Shown here: piece by piece, positions 44,801 to 52,787 of the stretch
Position numbering within the stretch: the stretch's first letter is position 1
Layout: the number at the start of each line of letters is the position of its first letter
DNA from: an uncultured bacterium
GTDB lineage: Bacteria > Planctomycetota > UBA8108 > UBA1146
Assembly (NCBI GenBank): GCA_938075155.1
Contig: CALJGL010000001.1
Coordinates: forward strand, 20,181-84,180
Direction: 5' to 3'
DNA: 64,000 nucleotides
Translations under genes and position numbers: made by a program
Notes under the pieces: model-generated
Seen by the model: only the letters and a program-made list of their open reading frames with translations
What the model was told of the DNA's origin: nothing
Databases searched by the model: none

Positions 44801-45281
44801 CGCTGGTTCACTCTGGCTCTCTGACGATGCCTTGGTCGATGCCGCGGGTGCTCCGATTCCTCCGTACATTACTGCTATTGCCGGTACTGCAAACGTGGGT
44901 GGAAACACCGTCGTTCAGTCCTGGGAAATCGGTGGATACGGTGGCGATCAAACGGCTCTCGCTCTTGCATACGCAGAGTTCATCGAGGGTGGTGGATCAA
45001 CCGGACCAATCTTTAAGCGTGGAGATGCAAACCAAGATGGTGGATTCAATATTGCTGACGAGGTCTTCCTATTGGCAGCCCTCTTCTCGGGTGGAACTCC
45101 CTGTGAATGCGACGACAGTTGTGACCAAAATGACGACGGTGGAGTAAATATTGCCGACGCGATCTATGGTCTTGCTGCGCTCTTCTCGGGTGGCCCCGCT
45201 CCTTCAGACCCTGGACCGAGTGTCTGCGGCGAGGATCCCACGGCTGACTCACTCACTTGTGACACCTACAACGGCTGTTAA
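41829..45281 (+). CDS. Large secreted modular protein with C-terminal dockerin-like domain (protein C)
   Basis: ATG 41829 begins a signal peptide MRHLPILAALCVLLSGGVVHA; shares modules with proteins A, B and D; C-terminal [16 protein letters not shown]. Confidence 0.88.
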   Translation: MRHLPILAALCVLLSGGVVHAQGADECANAQSINLGAPGTVTVVVDNTAATNSAEPLSAGGTCPNTAIGTTEADVWYSWTAPNTGLLDVSTCVNPGLLDTDIYLYDASGGCAALIEVGCNGDGVDANGVACVNFGSNIVGAPVFAGVTYFLRVGGWDAGSLGTTDMDVTFTLGTVAPDNLTCNYDALTNEAALTWDNLDQYDTLDYYLNGTLTGQLDGTAGAATGIVSGLVPGSNEICLEGTIGGIASTQTCCIVYIAEPCPPTVAATMSPIATVIPLIGTVSCNAAGLHADNSYLRSFDLVNGYGVSDEITVECVTTAVDVSTPGAAGTQPVRVRLIVDVNGGGPQNFTYLAGTNVGQTPDIGNNSMIMVYEEEFQLPAIQGLENFNFVLGTGVVDPDALGANNPTLQCMTAYGPSATLAVEIFTPDGQTDGHSYFMGASDTAVENGVSYIVSLACGLNSPSPLSGIGFPNNRYIMDVGYSVAVAGTCGSAGGVSNLQCNQTVGEQTWNLTWDDAGGATSWIVEVDGNVEAILPSTDLAFTTGPQFEYQDVDVLISSWTGPGGTGTLINSAGCTLQTAPANNWPEGASITASGTFQQEIATPYTTTIGQPLDIAVCDPGTGVVQINNDIFLRYTATNDGDVLVSTCNPNTAINGDDTMLAVYTYDAALLDDPNLAIACNDDVNVGANPTNNPACNVFLAEAIFAATTGTEYLIRLGTFNAAGTGALEYTINDCVPATNISGASECTTGDVTLNWTPNPNAASQEILRDGVSLAVIGATETSYIDLGVADGNYLYEVVTDCGGGPNPIGVAISVLTYAGQTDLIFAVEGLLNAGDPGLVDSGALLETALAGAGRTVGLIRGSWLDYPCASDAGVSNVWILAGTVPNDYRISVAEGDELAILGEAGKGVYFEGGDHFGFIHAASLFDSRDGVDDGTYDTGDGDDTFTAMDGADSGQGLDMSANADVPYTQDQADNDWTDQLTVANADTGLSGAGSLWLSDDALVDAAGAPIPPYITAIAGTANVGGNTVVQSWEIGGYGGDQTALALAYAEFIEGGGSTGPIFKRGDANQDGGFNIADEVFLLAALFSGGTPCECDDSCDQNDDGGVNIADAIYGLAALFSGGPAPSDPGPSVCGEDPTADSLTCDTYNGC

Positions 45282-45319
45282 CAAGCAAGATAAGATAGGC
45301 TGTAAAGTCTTTCTTTACT

Positions 45320-45357
45320 GGGGTGGTGAGAGCATTGCTCTCACCACCCCTTTTTTT
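45320..45357 (+). terminator. Intrinsic terminator
   Basis: GGGGTGGTGAGAGC-ATT-GCTCTCACCACCCC-T7. Confidence 0.92.
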
Positions 45358-45630
45358 GTGTCCAATAGAAGAGAAACAGTTCATAGGCTGTATTGCGGCC
45401 CAGTCCTTAGACCTTTACCATTGATACTGGCTTTGTTCTTACACCAAACCCTATTCTTGTCCACTGAGGAGGTGTTCCTCGGTTCTCAATCAGGGTGTGG
45501 TGACCGGATCAATACCACGGGTTTCGAAGTTCAATCACGTAATCCGGGTTGTTCATATTTTTGGATATTTCTCAGACACACTAAATAGTGTCAGGTGACT
45601 CTTGGAGTCGCTTTTTTCTTGGAGGTTAGA

Positions 45631-48600
45631 ATGCTGATGAGATGGATACTCACAGGACTGATTCTGGTGCTCATTAACTTTTCCGGAACTGCCGATGCTC
45701 AGGTAACGATCAATGAGATTCGTACTGATCAATCTGGCTCGGATACCGATGAGTATTTCGAATTAGCAGGTCCCCCTGCAACCAGCCTTGCTGCATTGAC
45801 GTACATCGTCATTGGCGATGGTTCCACCGCCAGCGGAACTATTGAAGCCGTGGTCAGTCTTGCCGCAGGGAACATCTCCTTTTCGGGTCTGTACGTAGTT
45901 GCAGAAGATACCTTTACTCTGGGCGTCGCAGATATGACTGCAAACCTCGGATTCGAAAATAGTGACAACGTGACTCATCTTTTGGTGGAAGGCTTCTCTG
46001 GCGCACTTGCCGATGACCTCGACACCGACGATGACGGAGTTCTGGATGCCACTCCATGGACTAACATTGTCGACTGCATCTCCCTCCTCGAATTTCCGAT
46101 CGACCCTCTGACAGGACAGCCCACTGAAGGAGAGCTCGTATATTGTTCAAATACTGTGGGTCCAGATGGAACCTTTGTTCCCGGACACTCAGGACGTTGC
46201 CCCGATGGAACGGGTGATTGGGAGATTCTCGACTTTGGTGATCTGGCCTCAGATACACCTGGAAACCCCAACACCTGTCCGGAAATTTGTGATAACTCCG
46301 TAGATGACGATGGAGACGGATTCATCGACTGCCTAGACGACGAATGCTCAGGAGATCCTGCATGTGCCCCCGCACCGCTCAATGACGACTGTGCCAGTGC
46401 CACCAATATCGGAGAAGGTTCCTTCCTTGTATCCACATTTGGTTCCACGACAGATGGCCCTACCAATTGTGGCGGCAGTACTCTGAATGATGTTTGGTAT
46501 CTCTATACGGCAACGTGCAGTGGACTCGTGACCTTGACCACTTGCGGAACGTCAACTTTTAATCCGCAAATGGCGATCTATTCGGGCTCCTCAACTTGTC
46601 CTCCAGATTTCGCAAACGTATTGGCTTGTGATTCCGGAAGCTGTGCAGGATCCGGAGACCCAGAGATTCTCTTCGATGCAATTTCTGGTGAAACATACTT
46701 AGTTCAAATCGGTGGATTCAATGGTGAAAGAGGTGAACTCACCTTAACCGTCAGTTGCCCACCCGACGATTGCCACCAAGCACCCAATCCAAATTTGGAA
46801 TTTCAGGGATTCATTGGAGTCTCTGGTTCGAGTGCACCCGCAGCTCCGATTGCATATGTCGGAGACCCAGCAACAAACTTCACCTTTGATTCAATAAACA
46901 TCGCTGGTGCAGGAACTATTGAAGATCTTGATGTTGGTGTAAATATCACTCACGGGTTCATTGGAAATCTTGATATCGATTTCGTATCGCCCGCCAATAC
47001 TCAGATCAGACTTTACCAAAATGAAAACAACTCTGACGATAACATGTCCTTGATCTTCGATGACGAGGGAGCAACATACGGGAGCGATACCACTTTCAGT
47101 GGCATCCGTATGCAACCTTATGCCTTGTCTCAAGGATCCGGATCATTGGCTGACTTCGACGGCGAGCCCGCTGCTGGTAACTGGACGATTCTTGTAGCAG
47201 ACGGATTTGCAAGTACTGCAGGAGGCACCCTCGATGACTGGTCCCTCTTCATTTCCCAGCCAGAAACCATCACCGGTACCCAAGACTTCGTGATCAACAT
47301 CGATCCCAACTCCCTTGAAGGAGTCGACGATCTGGATGTGGACATGAATCTTTCCCACCCGGACCTGACTCAGGTCGAAATCGATCTCCTGTCTCCCGGA
47401 GGAACCAGTATCCGACTTCATGACAATGGAGCAGGTACAGATCTAATCGGACGCTTTGACGACGCTACGGGTCTCAACGACGGTTACGGTTCATTGATCC
47501 CATCTGGCCCGGGAACACTGGCAGACTTCGATGGCGAAATCATCGGCGGCGACTGGACCCTGACAATTGCAGCGGGAACCTCGACCGGTACATTCTCTAA
47601 CTGGGCGCTACAGGTATGCCCTGCAAACTGCCCTGCTCCCAGTGACCTTGTCATTGAGAGTGACTGCGCAGGAGATGCCGTGAACTTGTCGTGGATCAAC
47701 AACACGGCCTACTCAAATATTTCGATTGAACGCGATGGAGCCATCGTCGCCACTCTTGCCGGCGCAGACACAACGTACTCTGACGTCTCACCTCCTGAAG
47801 GATTCCACGAATACGTAGTGAGAGGTTCTTGCACATCAGGTGCAGGAATCGCTTCAGGATTCGTCGATCACTTCTCGTATAATGGTGAAGATACATTGGT
47901 CTTTGCTCTCGAAGGGCTCTTGGACGACGGCGATACTGGATCGAATGATTCAGGTGCTGCTATTCAACAAAGCCTGATCGCCTCTGGCGTCAATTCGAAG
48001 CTGATCAGGAAACAGATTGACGAATTTGCATGCCTCGACCCCGCTCAGATTTCTCAGGTATGGGTTCTTTGTGGAACTTTCCCCACGAACTTCCGTCTCA
48101 ATAGCGCTGAAGCGGACCTATTGGCATCGCTTGCAGAAGCAGGAGCTTCGGTCTACTTCGAGAGTTCTGATCATTGGAGCTTCAACCACCCGATTTCGAC
48201 GTTCGATGATCGAGATGGTGTTGCAGAACCTTACGAGCAAGACGACAACGACTCTCTCGTCGGCTTAGATGGTGCAGATAGTGGTGTCGGACTGGATATG
48301 TCTGCAAACCAGAACGTGCCTTACTCGCAAGATAATCAATCCACGACCGGAAACCCCAATGACTTCACGAACATCCTCATTCCAGCCACAGCAGAACTCG
48401 CAGGAGGAACCGCAGGTTTGGCATGGAGATTCGACGACGCCATCGGTGTCACTTTTGGAGTCACGACCGCCTACATTCCGGGAACCGGTGGAAGAGTGAT
48501 CTGCTCCTCATTCGAATTGGGGGGATACGGTGGAAACCTCGATAGCGTCGTTTCCGCTTACCATGACTTCCTTGGAGATAGTGTCGTCACTCCTGGAACT

Positions 48601-48873
48601 GGATTCCAGAGAGGTGACTGCAACTCTGATGGTGGATTCAACATTGCGGACGCCATCTTCCTTCTCGGAAATCTGTTCTCTGGTGGCCCAGAAGGCACCT
48701 GTACTGACGCTTGCGATGCGAACGACGACGGCAGTGTCAACATTGCAGATGCCATCGCTGCCCTAGGAAGCCTGTTCAGTGGAGCGGGACCACTTCCTGA
48801 CCCGTTTGGCGATTGTGGAGAAGACCCCACTTCAGACAGCATCGAATGCGCTGAGTACAACAGCTGCCCCTGA
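45631..48873 (+). CDS. Secreted modular protein: lamin-tail-like N domain, two proprotein-convertase P-like domains, dockerin-like C terminus (protein D)
   Basis: GGAGG RBS; VTINEI...EYFEL; DLDVGVNITH..IGNLDI...GNWTILVAD and DLDVDMNLSH...GDWTLTI; C-terminal [16 protein letters not shown]. Confidence 0.85.
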   Translation: MLMRWILTGLILVLINFSGTADAQVTINEIRTDQSGSDTDEYFELAGPPATSLAALTYIVIGDGSTASGTIEAVVSLAAGNISFSGLYVVAEDTFTLGVADMTANLGFENSDNVTHLLVEGFSGALADDLDTDDDGVLDATPWTNIVDCISLLEFPIDPLTGQPTEGELVYCSNTVGPDGTFVPGHSGRCPDGTGDWEILDFGDLASDTPGNPNTCPEICDNSVDDDGDGFIDCLDDECSGDPACAPAPLNDDCASATNIGEGSFLVSTFGSTTDGPTNCGGSTLNDVWYLYTATCSGLVTLTTCGTSTFNPQMAIYSGSSTCPPDFANVLACDSGSCAGSGDPEILFDAISGETYLVQIGGFNGERGELTLTVSCPPDDCHQAPNPNLEFQGFIGVSGSSAPAAPIAYVGDPATNFTFDSINIAGAGTIEDLDVGVNITHGFIGNLDIDFVSPANTQIRLYQNENNSDDNMSLIFDDEGATYGSDTTFSGIRMQPYALSQGSGSLADFDGEPAAGNWTILVADGFASTAGGTLDDWSLFISQPETITGTQDFVINIDPNSLEGVDDLDVDMNLSHPDLTQVEIDLLSPGGTSIRLHDNGAGTDLIGRFDDATGLNDGYGSLIPSGPGTLADFDGEIIGGDWTLTIAAGTSTGTFSNWALQVCPANCPAPSDLVIESDCAGDAVNLSWINNTAYSNISIERDGAIVATLAGADTTYSDVSPPEGFHEYVVRGSCTSGAGIASGFVDHFSYNGEDTLVFALEGLLDDGDTGSNDSGAAIQQSLIASGVNSKLIRKQIDEFACLDPAQISQVWVLCGTFPTNFRLNSAEADLLASLAEAGASVYFESSDHWSFNHPISTFDDRDGVAEPYEQDDNDSLVGLDGADSGVGLDMSANQNVPYSQDNQSTTGNPNDFTNILIPATAELAGGTAGLAWRFDDAIGVTFGVTTAYIPGTGGRVICSSFELGGYGGNLDSVVSAYHDFLGDSVVTPGTGFQRGDCNSDGGFNIADAIFLLGNLFSGGPEGTCTDACDANDDGSVNIADAIAALGSLFSGAGPLPDPFGDCGEDPTSDSIECAEYNSCP

Positions 48874-48893
48874 GCTCGATCGCTGACTTATTG

Positions 48894-48933
48894 AAAAGAG
48901 ACCGGAGAGAAATCTCTCCGGTCTCTTTTTTTT
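48894..48933 (+). terminator. Intrinsic terminator
   Basis: AAAAGAGACCGGAGAGA-AA-TCTCTCCGGTCTCTTTT followed by further T residues. Confidence 0.9.
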
Positions 48934-49096
48934 GTTCCATCCACTACTACCAGACACGCCTGTAATGGCCCCTCACTCGCTCAATCGATGCCCTATCAAG
49001 CCCAAAATTCCCCTCGTCCTGTGAAAGGAGGAACTCCACCCCTCATAGAGTTTTTTCGTTATCATGCGATTTCCGTGTCACGTAAGTGGAGGATCG

Positions 49097-50704
49097 ATGC
49101 AGCCGGAACCCCATAAATCGAATGAGCCACCCCAAGGTGCCACCGATGAGGTTCGACGTGCTGGTCCCATCGGAAAAGTACTGCTTCTATCAAGGCTCTT
49201 GGGACTGTTTCGAGATATGGCACTCACTGCGATGCTCGGTTCAACAGCGACTGCGGAAGCGCTGAGAGCTGCTTTGAGAATTCCTGTCATGCTCAGAGAC
49301 ATGATTTCAGAGGGAACCCTGTCAGCTTCCTTTTCTCCCGCTTATAGAGAACAGCAACAATCTCAAAATCCGGAAGCGGCTTTGTTGTTTTCCCGTGCAG
49401 CCCTGAGTAGCTTGCTCCTCTTGCTTGGTATCACCCTCACTCTCCTTGCGTGGAATGCCGAAGCAGTGATGACCTTGATTTTCCCGGGACTGGTACTGCA
49501 CGAAGAAGCCGTAGATAATTTCAGAAGGCTGCTGCCCTATTTGGCACTTGTACCGTTGATGGCCGTTCTCAAGGGCACTCTTCATTGCCACAGGAAGGAC
49601 GCTTCCGCTCTCTTCCCTCAAGCCCTTCAGAATGCCGCCCTAATCCTCGCCGGACTATTTTTGATATGGACACAAGCAGGGGAACCCGAACGCGCTCAGG
49701 GGTGGACTATGGCATTCCTAGCTGGGGCTGGCGTCAGTTTGCTTTGGCTTATCATTCAGCTCCTAAAAGTATCCCGGTTCCCATGGCCCACCTTCAACTG
49801 GAAGGTTCCGGGGCAACGTCGCTTTCTCCTCGATTTCGGGACTCTACTCGTGAGTCAAATCTTGCTCCAAGCATATTCTCTGCTCGCATTCCACCTGGCC
49901 TCCGAACTGCCTACGGGAAGCATTACTTGGCTCGAGACTGCCTTCAGATTCCATTTCTTCCCGGTCGCTCTCGTCGGTGTCAGTCTCGGCATCGTAGCAG
50001 GAGACGAATCAGCAGATCTAGCCAGCCGTGGAGAGCACCAACGTCTTGCCCAAATGTTGACACGGAATCAACGCCTGGCGGCTTTTCTAGGTTTCCTTGC
50101 AGGCGCCGGACTTCTCGCTACATCCAACTCCATCATCGACACCCTATTTGTTCGGGGTGAGTTCAGTCCCGAAGACGGCCTTAACACTGCAAACATTCTT
50201 TGGTGGTACTGCTTCGCTGTACCTTTTGCTTGCATGAATATTGGCCTTCAAAGAACGGCCATAGCCATTGGGCTAAGGAAAAAGGTCATGCTGATTTCAT
50301 TGGTCGGTCTTGGACTACAGCTAGGAATACTCTTTAGTCAGATTCTTCCCATGGATACAGGAACGATCGCTCTCGCTTATGTGGCTTCAACAATACTCAG
50401 TTGGATCTTCCTGAAGTGGACCCTGCACAAGAATTTGGAATTGCCCCGACCTCGAATAGTTGCCGGTTTGAAACTATTGATTCTCGGTATTATGGTCCAG
50501 CAAGCCGCTTCTTATTCCATCCATTATCTCGACGAGTACTTACCGCAGTTCCTAGGGAGAGACCTTTCCATACTGGGATTCTCTATCGTGACAGGAATTT
50601 TTCTCGCTTTGGTTGTGGGGCAACGACTTCGAATGAAAGAAGCCCATGACATGTGGATTGTCATCAAATCCTGGACGGTAAAACGATCCGATCAAGCCCG
50701 CTGA
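49097..50704 (+). CDS. murJ: MurJ/MviN-family lipid flippase
   Basis: LSRLLGLFRD, ALRIPVMLRDMISEGTLSASFSP, LFVRGEF; many TM helices; GGAGG before ATG 49097. Confidence 0.82.
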   Translation: MQPEPHKSNEPPQGATDEVRRAGPIGKVLLLSRLLGLFRDMALTAMLGSTATAEALRAALRIPVMLRDMISEGTLSASFSPAYREQQQSQNPEAALLFSRAALSSLLLLLGITLTLLAWNAEAVMTLIFPGLVLHEEAVDNFRRLLPYLALVPLMAVLKGTLHCHRKDASALFPQALQNAALILAGLFLIWTQAGEPERAQGWTMAFLAGAGVSLLWLIIQLLKVSRFPWPTFNWKVPGQRRFLLDFGTLLVSQILLQAYSLLAFHLASELPTGSITWLETAFRFHFFPVALVGVSLGIVAGDESADLASRGEHQRLAQMLTRNQRLAAFLGFLAGAGLLATSNSIIDTLFVRGEFSPEDGLNTANILWWYCFAVPFACMNIGLQRTAIAIGLRKKVMLISLVGLGLQLGILFSQILPMDTGTIALAYVASTILSWIFLKWTLHKNLELPRPRIVAGLKLLILGIMVQQAASYSIHYLDEYLPQFLGRDLSILGFSIVTGIFLALVVGQRLRMKEAHDMWIVIKSWTVKRSDQAR

Positions 50705-50721
50705 TGTCTTTGAGATATAGG

Positions 50722-51915
50722 CTACTGGTTCGGCCATACGGGGAGTTCCGGAATTGAATCTGCAGGCAATGCCTTCTTCAGAATCAATTCCTCCTTACCC
50801 GGTAAATCTCTCAATATTCCTGCGATTCTTTTCCCAGCATGACCATCACCGTAAGCATGTGTCATCCCCACTAACTTATCCCTGAAGAGTGGGTCACAGA
50901 CTTCTTCCAATCCTTGACGGATCTCTGACTTCTCAGCGGCAACATCGATGATACATCGACTTCGCTCTCTTCCCTGCTGACGGCGTCCGACATTCAAGCA
51001 CGGTAAAGCAATAGCAGGAGCTTCCATGATGCCACTGGAGGAGTTGCCCACGATGGCCTTCGCCTCCAGAAGAAGCCCCCAGTAAATCGCGTGGGGAAGG
51101 TTGACTCGGATTTGTGCGTCGTCTCTTTTTTCACAATACTCTGAAGCTCGCTCTCGAATATCGCGACTGCCGGCATCCGCATTCGGAAAACAGAACACAA
51201 CCGGATCTGTCACATTCTCCAGAGCTTCGAAAAAAGGATCTGTCTCTGTACGGACATCCGAATCTAATGTTGTAGGATGCCACGCCACGACCACTGGAGG
51301 GCGACTCGAGTCTAACTCCAGCATTGATCTGAGTTCTTCAGGGTCTGGAAGATTCCCACTCGCGAGATGGTCAATACTTGGCGCACCCACTCGGTGCACT
51401 CTCCAAGGCTCTTCGCCTGCCAACAGTAATCTCTTCTTGGCAGTTTCTGTAGGGACGAAATGGACATGTGACATCGCTGTTAAAGCTTGCCGAACTGCAT
51501 GATCAATAGCTCCCTCTGAAACTTCTCCACCCTCGATATGAGCCATGGGAATTCCATGTGCCAAAGCTACCGACGCAGGAGCTAACATTTCATATCTGTC
51601 TGCTATCAGTAAAAGAATATCAGGCGGATGATCCTGCAGAAGGTCAGAGAGCGACAGCGTTGCCAAGCCGATTGTTTTCGACATTCCCTGAGCCGTATCA
51701 CTACTGAGAAGGCATTCGATTTTATGAGAAACTTCAAATCCGTCGGCCAAAATCTCATCCACCGTGAATCCGAATTCTGGTGAAAGATGCGCTCCCATTA
51801 CAACGAGTGAAAGATCGAAGGCAGGATCATCTCGCAGAAATTGAAGAGGAGAGGAAAGATGTCCCCAATCAGCACGACTGGTCGTCAGTGCCATCACTTT
51901 TTTGGGGAGAATCAC
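50722..51915 (-). CDS. neuC: UDP-N-acetylglucosamine 2-epimerase (hydrolysing, NeuC-like)
   Basis: TSRADWG, ADRYEML, HIEGGEVSEGAID, VGNSSSGIMEAP, GRRQQGRE, YGDG. Confidence 0.88.
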   Translation of the reverse strand: MILPKKVMALTTSRADWGHLSSPLQFLRDDPAFDLSLVVMGAHLSPEFGFTVDEILADGFEVSHKIECLLSSDTAQGMSKTIGLATLSLSDLLQDHPPDILLLIADRYEMLAPASVALAHGIPMAHIEGGEVSEGAIDHAVRQALTAMSHVHFVPTETAKKRLLLAGEEPWRVHRVGAPSIDHLASGNLPDPEELRSMLELDSSRPPVVVAWHPTTLDSDVRTETDPFFEALENVTDPVVFCFPNADAGSRDIRERASEYCEKRDDAQIRVNLPHAIYWGLLLEAKAIVGNSSSGIMEAPAIALPCLNVGRRQQGRERSRCIIDVAAEKSEIRQGLEEVCDPLFRDKLVGMTHAYGDGHAGKRIAGILRDLPGKEELILKKALPADSIPELPVWPNQ

Positions 51916-52787
51916 TCTTCAGCCTCAAGATCCAGCCAGGTCGCCCAGGTCCCTGGGTCGAGTCGACTCTTCACTATCCAAGTTCGAATCCACTCCTTGG
52001 GTGAGATTCCCACTGCTTGTCCATGCTCAAGAACCTTACCTTTTTCAAGGCAATAATGGGCCACGGTATAACTCCATGCCCTGATCTGTTGAGCACTGCT
52101 ACTGGAGCCAATGATTTCCAACTCTCGTTGGCCCAGCTCCGTCATACCGTGAGTGACTAATCCCCGGGTTCCGTCCTTGGATTCCCAAAGCCTAAAGTCG
52201 ATCCAAATTCTCAAGGGAAGATTGACTGGCGTCATCGAAGCACAGGATTCTTCAAAAGCTTTCCACGAATGAAGAGCGGTAGAACCATCCCAATAGATTC
52301 CGAGAGCACCGTAATTGTTTCCCAATAGAAGTGAGATCCTAGTCAACAACAATGCACCCTGAACCGAATACCGAATCACCGAATCATCGAGTGGCGGTGC
52401 ATCTGGAGCATCCGGAAAAACCTCAAGGACACCCTCGCCTTCAATATTCGGAGTTTCTTCTACCACCTCAGTGGGCTCCATTTTTGGAGGCTCTGGAATT
52501 CGTGGATCAGAGATCACCACAATAAAGTAGGAAGAATGTTTATTGATTTCAGACTCTGCATCACTCCAGTACCAAGCTGCTTTCAGCGGTTCCTGAAGGA
52601 TCTCAACCGGAATCGGATGATTCCTTAATGAAGCCTTGATGGAAACTCCCGCAACTTCTGCGATGACCGTCCCACCTTCATCTGCTAGGCGGACAATAGT
52701 GTCCTCCCCCAGCAGATCCCTCATTTGGTCTCCCAGTTCATTTAAATCTACATCAGAATTTTCGCGCAACGGAATGAGTGAAATCAT
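51912..52787 (-). CDS. DUF4261-like hypothetical protein
   Basis: ALGIYW...LPLRIWIDF...THGMTELGQRELEI...LEHGQAVG pattern; coupled to both neighbours. Confidence 0.6.
   Translation of the reverse strand: MISLIPLRENSDVDLNELGDQMRDLLGEDTIVRLADEGGTVIAEVAGVSIKASLRNHPIPVEILQEPLKAAWYWSDAESEINKHSSYFIVVISDPRIPEPPKMEPTEVVEETPNIEGEGVLEVFPDAPDAPPLDDSVIRYSVQGALLLTRISLLLGNNYGALGIYWDGSTALHSWKAFEESCASMTPVNLPLRIWIDFRLWESKDGTRGLVTHGMTELGQRELEIIGSSSSAQQIRAWSYTVAHYCLEKGKVLEHGQAVGISPKEWIRTWIVKSRLDPGTWATWLDLEAEE

Noticed and set aside
34704..48900. Prophage or mobile genomic island
   Set aside because: No integrase, transposase, phage genes or flanking direct repeats were seen; it looks like a native paralogue array.
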